Below, in pieces: positions 33,651 through 43,181 of a DNA stretch of 64,000 nucleotides (its first letter is position 1; each line of letters starts with the position of its first letter). Origin of the DNA: Chloropicon primus. Taxonomy: Eukaryota. The stretch spans positions 372,001 to 436,000 of the forward strand of contig CP060755.1 of the NCBI GenBank assembly GCA_023205875.1, given 5' to 3'. The translations under genes were made by a program, and so were the position numbers. Below the pieces are notes generated by a model. The model had not been told where the DNA came from. It did not search any database and saw only the letters and a program-made list of their open reading frames with translations.

Positions 33651-34760
33651 ATGGGGACAAAGCGGTGGGGGCTGAGCCCCGTGTGGCACCCCATGAACAT
33701 GATCCGAATGGTGGTGTGGTTCATATACCTGTTGCTGTCCCACGCCCAGGTTTTTCGGAAACCAGGGGAACGTGATGACTGGAAGCAGAAGCTCCCCAAA
33801 GTGAGCTTGGGAGGCTCCACCGTCATGATCACCGGGCCATCCTCTGGCCTAGGTTTCGCGTTTGCCCTCGAGTTCGCCAAAGTGAAGGGTTGCCACGTTG
33901 TGCTCCTGTGCAGGACCGCAGCGAGTGCCGAGGCCACGGAGTCCAGGATAAGGCGTGCGATTCCGGACGCAAGCTTGGAATCCTTTGCTCTTGACTTGCG
34001 TGATCCCCAAGGTGTTCTCTCGTTTGCAAGGAGATTCGCTCAAGGGCTTGGCGCAAGGGGAAAACGCCGTCCACCCCTGAAACTCTTGGTGAACAATGCT
34101 GGGGTCTACAGTCGCCAGGCCACTTACACCGAGGCGCACGGTTTGGAGAGGACGTTTGCAGCAAATATTTTCGGCCACTACCTTCTGACCGACGAGCTCC
34201 TGCCCCTCCTTTCCGAGGCCCGGGGCACGGTGGCGTTCACCAGCTCCTTCTCGCACAGGGCGGTGACGGAGTCCGAATTCCAGGCCTTTCTGAAAGGAGT
34301 GGTGCACCGCGGGGAGGACAAAGGCCACAGCAAGGGCGGGTCAAGGAAGGCGAAGATGTACCCCGCGCAGGCATACGCATGCACGAAGCTGGCCGTGCTG
34401 CTGCTTCCTGAATACTTGAGATCCGCGAGCAGATACGAGGGGGTCAAGTACCTTTGGGTCGACCCCGGAGCAGTGAACACAAGAATCACGAGATCGTGGC
34501 CCTGCTTGCTAGTCGGATCCTATCAGATAGTGCTGAAGGCACTCGGTCTGTTCGCGGACCCCGCGAGAATTGCAGCGAGCCTTGCCGGGGCAATACAAGG
34601 CGGCTTGGACGGCGTCTACCTTTTTGGCGAAAGGGGGGATCGCTTGAACGCCTCGATGCTTTCCAAGGACTTGGGCCTTGCCCTGCAGCTGGTCCACAGG
34701 TGCGAGGACGTCAGGAGGAGCTTAAACTTGTGCGAACAACGCGAGTTGTGTCAGCGGTAG
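33651..34760 (+). CDS. Short-chain dehydrogenase/reductase (retinol-dehydrogenase/FEY-like) with an N-terminal anchor
   Basis: TGPSSGLG, NNAG, YACTK, DPGAVNT. Confidence 0.9.
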   Translation: MGTKRWGLSPVWHPMNMIRMVVWFIYLLLSHAQVFRKPGERDDWKQKLPKVSLGGSTVMITGPSSGLGFAFALEFAKVKGCHVVLLCRTAASAEATESRIRRAIPDASLESFALDLRDPQGVLSFARRFAQGLGARGKRRPPLKLLVNNAGVYSRQATYTEAHGLERTFAANIFGHYLLTDELLPLLSEARGTVAFTSSFSHRAVTESEFQAFLKGVVHRGEDKGHSKGGSRKAKMYPAQAYACTKLAVLLLPEYLRSASRYEGVKYLWVDPGAVNTRITRSWPCLLVGSYQIVLKALGLFADPARIAASLAGAIQGGLDGVYLFGERGDRLNASMLSKDLGLALQLVHRCEDVRRSLNLCEQRELCQR

Positions 34761-34806
34761 CTATGTGATACAACAGAAATACATTTTAACGGGTCCGCTT
34801 CCCTTT

Positions 34807-35565
34807 TTACATATCAAGCAAGGCGTCGAGCTCGTCGTCTTCGTCGTTGAGTCCCAAGCCGCTCACTTGCGCCGTAACGTCTTGCTCACTTTCCCCTCGA
34901 TTATCAAAGCTCAGAAGCTCCTCTAGGTCCTCGTCCTCTTGGTTTTGCCCCTGCACCTTGACCACGCTCTTGGCCTTGTGGTTTGGTTGATCAGCAGCAC
35001 CTTGCCCCCCCTTCGCTCTTGGCTTCCTTGGCCTTGCAGGTTTGTGTGGTGGCGCACCCATCTCGGGCACCATCCTTTCGTCGAGGCCTCGAACAAGCTT
35101 CTCGGCAGGTAGCTGAGCCAAGGCGTACTCCAGCGCCCCCAGATCCAAATCGAAGAGGTCCCTCGTGGATGTGTCAAACTGGAGTGCATCCAGCGAGAAG
35201 CCATCGCTTGACTCCCCCCACACGAACCCCCATCGCTGCTCTGCTGACGTCGACGTCGCGGCCGCTCCCGCCGCGTACCATCGGTCGCTCGACGCCTGGC
35301 TTATCAATTCTTCGAGGTCCAGATCGCGGTCCACTTGGTTGTAATCCACCCCATCCCTTGTGAGGGACTCCACCTGCTGCTGCTGTTCTGCGACTCGTTG
35401 GCCCTCGCCTTCCTCGACGTCCCTTTCGCGCCTCGGGTCGATGGGCTTGGTGCTCGTGTCGTCCTTCCGCGATTTCGTCGGACCGCCACGCTTCCTGTGG
35501 TCTCTCCCCTTCTTGCCCTTGTAGGCCTTCCTGGCCGGGGCGGTGGAGAACTCGCCACCCTCCAT
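34807..35565 (-). CDS. Low-complexity protein, possibly Aven/CER16-like
   Basis: Basic RG-rich N-terminus, LDLGALEYALAQLP block, C-terminal DELDALLD. Confidence 0.5.
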   Translation of the reverse strand: MEGGEFSTAPARKAYKGKKGRDHRKRGGPTKSRKDDTSTKPIDPRRERDVEEGEGQRVAEQQQQVESLTRDGVDYNQVDRDLDLEELISQASSDRWYAAGAAATSTSAEQRWGFVWGESSDGFSLDALQFDTSTRDLFDLDLGALEYALAQLPAEKLVRGLDERMVPEMGAPPHKPARPRKPRAKGGQGAADQPNHKAKSVVKVQGQNQEDEDLEELLSFDNRGESEQDVTAQVSGLGLNDEDDELDALLDM

Positions 35566-35851
35566 GATATGATTGCTCGTTTGTCTGATGGCCACGGCCA
35601 CCACTTGGGCATTGCCCGAGGGAGGAGGAGGAAGCGAGGAGTTGTCTTGTTGATTAAATGATCAATTAGCAAGTCATAAGTAATAAGTGGTCTCAATCCT
35701 TGCTGCTGCCGTTGTGGGACCAGACCCAGAACGCGATGCCGTCGTTCCCAGGGCCATCACCCCCCGTGCTCTCCCACAAGGGGCAGCAAGGATTCCGCAT
35801 CCCCCCTTCGCTCGGGGACAGGAGACCCCTCCAAGCAATGCTGCGGGGCGA

Positions 35852-36658
35852 TCAGATGCCGAACCAAAAGGTTCTCAGCGTGCCCATGCAAGTGGAGCAG
35901 GAGGAGCGGCTTTCAACAAGGAGGAAGCGGTGGGAAAAGAGTTAGAAAGTCATCGAAATCGTCTCCGGAGCGGAATGATTCTTGTGCCGGGCACGGACGG
36001 TCGCCCTCACCTCTTGCTCGCTTGCTGGTGGTAGTAGTAGTACTGCAGCTGCTGATTGGTGTGGAGCGAGATGCGGCTCTGGCTTCTGTTCTGGACCGCG
36101 ACGCTGCTTCTGTCCCTCCATGTCCCCCTGTCCGACCGGAACGACCGAGGCGTAATCAGGTGATACTCCGAGATTGACCTCCCCGGTATTTCCTTGTCGA
36201 TCCACGTCACAGACTTTTTCACGGGACTGACCCGGCTCCCCCCGCACCCGTCGCCTTTCCAAGGCCTCTTGAGAGACGGCCTTCGCTGCAGCGGCGCGTG
36301 CCGCCTCTTCTGCCGCGAATCCTCCTCCTTGTCGTCGAGAGCGTTTGCCGAGTGGTAACTGCCGAGCGATGAATACGATTTGATTGCGGCGGTAAAGGGA
36401 GAGAGAGGGAGGAAGGGATGGAGGAGCGCGCGCGTACGCTCTCGTCAGTCATCGCCCCGACGAAAGGCAGCCGAAAGAAAAACATTCTCACCTGGCGCTA
36501 TCGGTAAGCGTTCTGTGCACCTCCTGCATTCGCTGGACCTGCACGCTGTACGGCTCGCTCGCTATCCTGTGCAGCTTCGTGCCGCCCTTCTTGTGCTTCC
36601 CCTTCCCCTTCGTGTGCGACAGCACTTGGTCGTCCCCAACCACCCACGTCTTCAGCAT
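35852..36658 (-). CDS. Three-exon protein of about 190 aa with PP1-docking motifs; exons 36658-36492, 36358-36011, 35909-35852
   Basis: Two phase-2 GTGAG introns with ACTGAC and CTAAC branch points keep the frame; RPSLKR...KKSVTWID. Confidence 0.65.
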
Positions 36659-37388
36659 ACCTTCCCAGCAATCGACAGAGCGCCCGCGTACCCGTTACTC
36701 TGGACGTGGAGTCTTGCAGACGGCCCTCATCCGGAGAACACCAGAACCGTGTTCCTCCCGCGTTCCTTCGCGGCGTGCGTGGTGGCCCCCCAGCCTCCGT
36801 CGTCGTCGTCCTCGTCGTCGTGTGGACTGTTTTCAATGAGACCAAACCTCCGTGCGATTGCGAGGGGTCGACTCCACCTTCCTCGTTGCCGTCGCCCCTC
36901 CCTTCCCTCGGGGGTAACGCTCCCCATGGCGGAGGGCTTTTGCGAGGGGCGGGAGTTGACACCGGGGGAGAGGGATGGGGATGCGAGAGGGCTCGCAGGG
37001 GGATGGACTCTCCTCCCCCTCCCCTTTCGAAAGAGCTCTCCCTCGACGCCATCGGCGCACGGACGGAGGAACTGAGCCAAGGATCCTCATCGGTGCGGAG
37101 GATGCTGAGGATGGCGGCCCTCGGCGGCGAGAGATGGAGGGCGCCGAGGGGAGGGATGCGAGAGATGGAATGCGAGAGGTGGAATGCGAGGGATGCGAGG
37201 CCGCCTTCCCCTCCTCTCCCTCCTAGCCGTCCGACCCCCATTGCGCTTTCGCATCGCAGTGCAATCGCGGTCTCCAGCAGGAGTGTCCGAGATCGAGGCG
37301 CTGGAAGGCGAGCGACAAAGTGTGTGGCTCTCCTGCGCGCGTCGCGTCGCGTGGCGTCTCTCCTGGTGTCTACGTCGAGGAGTCAGAG

Positions 37389-38420
37389 ATGGGCGGAGGG
37401 TTAGCGCTGGTGCCGGAGCTGGCGGCGGCGACGAGGTATGCGGCTATCTGCGTGGGATCGGCGCAGGTGGCGTCCGTCGTACTGAAGAAGGGGAAGGACT
37501 CGGGCCAAGTCCTCGTGGTGGGATGCGATTCGTCTTCGTCGTCTTCGTCGTCGTACAACACGGGCGGACTCGATCTGGCGGGCGAGGGAGGGGTGGGGAG
37601 GAACAAGACGTACGTGCCGGAGCCGAAGCCGTTCATGGAAGTGTTCAATCCGAGGACGGCGCTGTTGGTGTTGGGGAGGAACCTCACGTCGCGGCTGGCG
37701 CTTTGGATGAACGAGCTCCAGGAGAACTTGAACGAAGCGGTCGAGAGGGAGGAGGAGAGCGAGGAGGAGGAGGGGCTCGATGTGGACGTCCCCCCCTTCA
37801 GGCCGGTTGTCTCCAAGGCGTTGGTCGGGGTGGCGATGGACTACGCCGTTCTGATCCTGAAGAGGACGTTCGAGATCCTGGCGAGCACCCTCGTGGAGCC
37901 CAAGCTCGCCTGCAAGCTCCTGAAGGACTTCCACGACTCCGCCAAGAGGAAGAGGCTCAAGTACTTCTTCGACAGCGACCTTTCGCTCAAGGTTAGGGTT
38001 GTGACGGGGGCCACGCGGGTCAGGAAGTGCGCCAGGACGGCGGCCAGGGGCGCCTTCCTTGGCTTCCTGGCCGAGCTGACCATCAACGAGGTGGTCGTGA
38101 TCTACAGGACGGCGAAGCTGGCCAAGGACGAGGACAACACGTACTCCGAGAGCCTATGCGAGAAGGAGGGGAGGTATTACACCGACAGCTTGGACTACTT
38201 CCAGCGCCACACGCTCTCCAACTTCGTGAGGGTCTCTTCCAGGTTCGTTTTCGCTTCTGTTGGGGTGGGGGTCGGGTCCCTCATATCGATAAACGAGCCC
38301 AAGGTGCTGCCGGCGGCATTCGGGAAGCTGGGGACCGTCTTGGGCTTTGCAGCGGGCAATTTTCTTGGCGGCAAGCTGGTCGACGTTTTCCTCCTCGAAG
38401 AGACGACGACGGGCTTTTGA
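37389..38420 (+). CDS. Conserved-looking green-lineage membrane protein of unknown function
   Basis: KLLKDFHDSAKRK, TAARGAFLG, Gly-rich hydrophobic C-terminus FASVGVGVGS...GTVLGFAAG; coding bias. Confidence 0.7.
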   Translation: MGGGLALVPELAAATRYAAICVGSAQVASVVLKKGKDSGQVLVVGCDSSSSSSSSYNTGGLDLAGEGGVGRNKTYVPEPKPFMEVFNPRTALLVLGRNLTSRLALWMNELQENLNEAVEREEESEEEEGLDVDVPPFRPVVSKALVGVAMDYAVLILKRTFEILASTLVEPKLACKLLKDFHDSAKRKRLKYFFDSDLSLKVRVVTGATRVRKCARTAARGAFLGFLAELTINEVVVIYRTAKLAKDEDNTYSESLCEKEGRYYTDSLDYFQRHTLSNFVRVSSRFVFASVGVGVGSLISINEPKVLPAAFGKLGTVLGFAAGNFLGGKLVDVFLLEETTTGF

Positions 38421-38682
38421 TGACTCAGAGAGAGGCAGCAACTCTTTCAGAAAGCGAGCGGGGGCAGAACTAATTGGTGTATTTTCTGGAAAGGAAGGAC
38501 GGCGTGTCGGCGGCGAGGCCGCTGGTGACGAACGAAAATCAATTCTATATTACCATATATCAACCTCTGTTGGCGTGCTTTTTTTTTCTTCTCTTTGATC
38601 GACCATCAAAATTTGACATACAACTCCGCGGTCCCCTTGCGTGCCCCCCGCCCCCCCCTCTCTCTCTCTCTCTTTCCTCCCT

Positions 38683-39441
38683 CTAGCTATGGATGAATGG
38701 GATGGCATCCGTGGTCAGGATGTTGTTCACAAAAGGGTTGGCGAGGTGGTCTCCCCAGCACTCGATAGGACCCTTCCCTTGGACGTTGTACTGGAGCCAG
38801 AAGCCAATGAAGGAGAACATGGCGAGCCTGCCGTTCTTGATCTCCTTGAGCTTGAGCTCCTCCAAGTCCTGGGAGGACCTCGTGGACCATCCGAACAAGT
38901 CGAAGATTCCCCCCGGGTATCCAGACTTGTTGTCGCTGGGCAGCTCGTACTTCTGGAAGATGGGGTCTTGGTTCACGCTCCCCTCCTTCTGCATGTCCTG
39001 GTACCTTCTGATCTCGACCCAGTGCATCAAGAAAAGCTGGATGACGAAGTAGACCTTGGAGTCGTAATCGTACTGGAAGGTCGCGGCGTCCACGAAGTTG
39101 ACGCCGGCGCCCGGCCACTGCACGCCGAGCTTGGCCGCGGCCTCGGGCGCCAGGACCCCGAGGCACCCCAGCATGGCGAAGCGGGCGTGCAAGAGCTCCG
39201 CCTGCGCGAACCACTTGAGCTGCTCCGGCTCCGTCCCGAGCTGGAGAGGATCGAACCCGTAGTCACCCGGGAGGCTCCCGTCCAAGTACTTTGGCTTCGC
39301 CGCTCCAGGGTACCACGAAGGCAAGGTCTTTCCGGCCTTGGCCACCACCCTGCGACGCTGGATCAGCGTCGTCGTCGTCGAGGCTCCCTTCCTCAACGCT
39401 CCGGCGTTCACCTTCGTCATCGATGACGCGCTCGCTTGCAT
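38683..39441 (-). CDS. LHCA: PSI light-harvesting chlorophyll a/b protein (Lhca2/4-like)
   Basis: YLDGSLPGDYGFDPL, AELLHARFAM, EIRRYQD...GSVNQDPIF, YPGG, KEIKNGRLAM. Confidence 0.95.
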   Translation of the reverse strand: MQASASSMTKVNAGALRKGASTTTTLIQRRRVVAKAGKTLPSWYPGAAKPKYLDGSLPGDYGFDPLQLGTEPEQLKWFAQAELLHARFAMLGCLGVLAPEAAAKLGVQWPGAGVNFVDAATFQYDYDSKVYFVIQLFLMHWVEIRRYQDMQKEGSVNQDPIFQKYELPSDNKSGYPGGIFDLFGWSTRSSQDLEELKLKEIKNGRLAMFSFIGFWLQYNVQGKGPIECWGDHLANPFVNNILTTDAIPFIHS

Positions 39442-39954
39442 TCTCTCTCAACTCTCTCTCAACTCTCTCTCTCACTCTCAGCGTCAGCGCTCTCACAACT
39501 CTCGAGTCTGCCTCGCCTCTCTGTCACTGGATCAACGCGCGATCAGCTCCCTCTCCTCTGCTAACGCTTCGCGCGCTCATTGGAGGAAAAGAATCTCTTA
39601 TCCTCAATCGTCTTTTTAGGTGTCACGATGGTGTCACGATGGTTGCACGATTCTGCACCAACCGATCGAGGAGGGGAGGAAGGGAAGGGGTTGACCCCTG
39701 AAACAGGAGGGAAGTTCAGCTGGCAACTCTTTCTTCTTCTCTCTTCTTCTCTCTTCTTCTCTCTTCTTCTCTCTTCTCCTTCTTCTTGTTGTTTGTTTGG
39801 AGAACTTGCTTGGAACTTCACTTTGTTGAGAATGGCCTTTAGCATTCACCACCACCACGGTCCATACCCATACATCGGGGAGGGACTCTGGGTCTTGTGC
39901 GGCGTCTTGGTCGAACAACAAGACGACTTCTACATCCCTGGGTCCCCCTCCCAG

Positions 39955-39984
<30 letters not shown>
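39955..39984 (+). repeat. (TGA)10 microsatellite
   Basis: Read directly. Confidence 0.9.
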
Positions 39985-39986
<2 letters not shown>

Positions 39987-40494
39987 CTCCTCCCTCCTTC
40001 TCCTCCCTCCTTCTCCTTCTCCTTGTTTAGTTTCCCGCATCTTGCGAAAACACGAAAAGAAGTTGGAATCGATTTAGTAGTGCGTCTCAACGCGCTTTTG
40101 TCCTCTTCTCTCGTCCTCCTCCTCTCCTCTCTCTCCCTCTCTCTCCCTCTCTCTCTCTCTCTCTTGTCGCCGGCTCTTGTCCTCTCTCTTGTCCTGGTAC
40201 CAAATAACCTAAAAAGACCAAGACGAGAACCTTTGGCCTTGTTGTGGTTTTGCCGGCGGACGCTTGGGGCTTTGGGCCAAGAAAGGCGGGACGGAAAGGA
40301 GGTCAAGACTCACTTGAGACGTGCGCCCCCTCGAAAGACCTTGGAAAGACCTAAGACCTTTGGGTCAAACACACACACACACAAGAAAGACAGTCTCGTT
40401 TGTCTTTTGCTGCTTGGGACTTGTTTGGTACCGTACGAAGGCGACGTGCTCCTGGTGCTTGTTTGGTGCTTGTTAGTTAGGGTGAGAAAGAAGG

Positions 40495-41595
40495 ATGGAG
40501 GACCTTGAGGCCCGAAAGCAGAGGCTTGCCGAGTTGACGGGAGGCGACAAGGCTTCCCCAAGCGGCGGAAGGTCCAAGGCGGACCTGGCGCGCAGAAGGA
40601 GGCGTCTCTCCCAGACCGCCGGCCTTCAGACCACGCAGAGCCGAGAGAAGGAGGTTAGCGTTGCAACTAGCGGAACGGGCGGCTCCCTTCCCACGGACAG
40701 GACCTACAATTTGGGCAAGGTGACGATATGCTACTCGTGTTCCACGCACCCCGGAAACGACCCTGGTGGCATGCAGAAGACCAACCAGGACTCTTGGCTC
40801 GTGCGCGAGAATTTCGGAGAGAAAAATATGATACTTATGGGAGTTTACGACGGTCACGGCTACGAAGGGGAGAAGATTAGCCGCACTGTGGTGAGCAAGC
40901 TACCTGGATTCATGACCGAATCGAAGGAGTTCATCACCGGTAACTTGAGGGATTGCTTTAAGTACGCCTTGCCCGCGTGCAACAAGTCCCTAAAAAACTC
41001 GGGCGTCATAGAGTGCTCCCTCAGTGGCAGCACAGCGGTTCAGGCCCTCCTCTACGGGGACAAGTCCGTCTTGTGCGCCAACGTGGGAGACAGTCGCGCC
41101 ATTGTCGGGGTCGTGGAGTCGAACGGCAAGACCTCCGTAGTGGAGCTGTCTCACGACCACAAGCCCACCAACCCCGAGGAGCAGGAGAGGATCGAGTCCA
41201 GCGGAGGAAGGGTCGAGCCATACATGTACGAGGGCGAAGCCATCGGACCACCAAGGGTCTGGCTGCGTGACGAGGACACCCCTGGCTTGTGCATGTCGAG
41301 ATCCATCGGGGACAGCATCGCTGCTTCTGTTGGAGTCATCGCCGACCCAGACCTCGTGGAGCACGAGTTTAGCCCACAGGACAAGTACCTAGTGTTCATG
41401 AGTGACGGCATCTTCGAGTTCATCTCGAACGAGGAGGTCATCGAGTTTATTCACAAGCATGCCCAGCAGGGCTTGAGCCCAAGGGAGGTCGGAAAGAGAC
41501 TCGTCAAGGAAGCGAGGAAGAAATGGCAGGAGGAAGAGGAGGACGTTATAGATGACTGCACCGCGCTCGTTGCCTACCTCACGGTGGAGGCGTGA
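40495..41595 (+). CDS. Protein phosphatase 2C (PPM family)
   Basis: NQD, YDGHG, SGSTA, ANVGDSRA, DHKP, MSRSIGD, SDG, DDCT. Confidence 0.95.
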   Translation: MEDLEARKQRLAELTGGDKASPSGGRSKADLARRRRRLSQTAGLQTTQSREKEVSVATSGTGGSLPTDRTYNLGKVTICYSCSTHPGNDPGGMQKTNQDSWLVRENFGEKNMILMGVYDGHGYEGEKISRTVVSKLPGFMTESKEFITGNLRDCFKYALPACNKSLKNSGVIECSLSGSTAVQALLYGDKSVLCANVGDSRAIVGVVESNGKTSVVELSHDHKPTNPEEQERIESSGGRVEPYMYEGEAIGPPRVWLRDEDTPGLCMSRSIGDSIAASVGVIADPDLVEHEFSPQDKYLVFMSDGIFEFISNEEVIEFIHKHAQQGLSPREVGKRLVKEARKKWQEEEEDVIDDCTALVAYLTVEA

Positions 41596-41755
41596 GAGAA
41601 GGGAGCTGAATTCTTGCAAAGAGCGACTATAACGCACCGGGATTAAATTACGGTTTTCTTTCTTCACGGTCAAAAGAAGAAAACAAACAATTAAAAGGTG
41701 TTTATTTAATTCACATATATCTATCAAGTTTGCCCCGCTCGCCTCCCCGAGGGGT

Positions 41756-42587
41756 TTAGCACTCGTCCTCGTTGAGAAGCAGGTTCGGGATCCCCTTGGT
41801 GATCGGGAACCTCCTGCCGGTCTCTGGGCAGATCAAGGCACCCTCCTGCACCTCGACCTTTCAGGCAAGGAGCAGCAGTCGGTCGAAAGGGAAAAGAAGT
41901 CGCGAGTAGTGTCAGGAAATCTCTGCAAGCAACGGCGAGGCTGCGGCCTCCCTCCCTCCACGACAGAGGCGAGCGAGTGACTTACCTCCAGAAGGGCGTG
42001 GTGGAACGCCCTCAAGAAACTCTCGTCCCCTTTCAGCATCTCCTCGGATACGCTCTCTGGCAGTCCCTCGATTTTCAACTTTTGTTGGTGTTGTTCATTT
42101 CGATCGAGCGGAGATGGACACACGCAAAGACCGTGCGGGACGTCAGTAAGCACGATGCACCAGCCGATTCGCACCAGCAGCATAGATTGCCTCCTCGGCA
42201 CCCAATCTCCTGAGCGCCAACGAGACCGCCGGCGACGACGACGAGCGTGGAGGCTCAGGGGTCACTTACCTCGTCCGCCGTCTCTTTCAGGGCCTTCCAG
42301 TCCAACTTGGGATACATCCGCCGCAAGAAGTCTGCAGCACGCGCGCGAAGAAGCCGCCGAGGTCGTTCGAAGAAGCAACAAAGACCTCCGAGTCAGCACA
42401 AGCTCGGAACGAAATACTGCTGCCCTCGGGCACACCACCTCCTCTGTAGTGAGGTCAGACCTCTTGTCTTACCTGGGTTGAACTCGCACTCGCAGTTCTC
42501 CATCTCCTCGGCCTCCACTTTGAAGGGATACTTGTTCGTAACCCCTTTGATGTGACACTCCAGCATGTTATGCGTCAACAGCTTCAT
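41756..42587 (-). CDS. TRM112: Methyltransferase activator TRM112; exons 42587-42473, 42331-42270, 42078-41986, 41857-41756, 123 aa
   Basis: [48 protein letters not shown]; three GTAAG introns keep the frame. Confidence 0.93.
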
Positions 42588-43181
42588 CCTGAACTCCCTC
42601 CCTCTCTCTCCCTCTCTCTCCCTCTCTCCCTCTCTCGACGCAAGGACGCCCTACCCGATCGCCAAAACGGTCAACCGCGATATCACTGGAAAGCCCTGGA
42701 GGTCTAGTTTCGTCCAATTACCCTCCCCTTCCCTAAAAACTCCCTCGACGCACGAAAACAAGTCCGCAAACCTCACGAGGTTCCTCACAGTCACCCCCCC
42801 CCTTCGCCGTCAAGCACCAGGAAACACTGTTTTTTCATTTTCAGTGTGAATTTTTGTGCACTCATTCGACGTCCCTGCGTCTTATCCTTCGCTCAGCCTC
42901 TCGTTTTGGCCAAACGGTTTCAAGGGACAGGAGGCGAGGAAGAGGTGAGTACTGGGAGGGCGAGTGGGGTGCGAGGAGGGAGAGGAAAACGAAGAAGGTG
43001 TCAATCGATGGATGCGTCGCATCGTTGTCTTTCGAATGACCCCTCGCGCCAAGGTTTTGAGACCCTGGAGATGGATTCGGTCCCTGTGGAGGAGTGAGCT
43101 GACATTTGTGTGTGTGTGTCGCCCAAGTTTCTCTCTCTCTCGGTTGTGAGGCGAAGGAAGGAGAGGAGCAATCGGGGCGCG

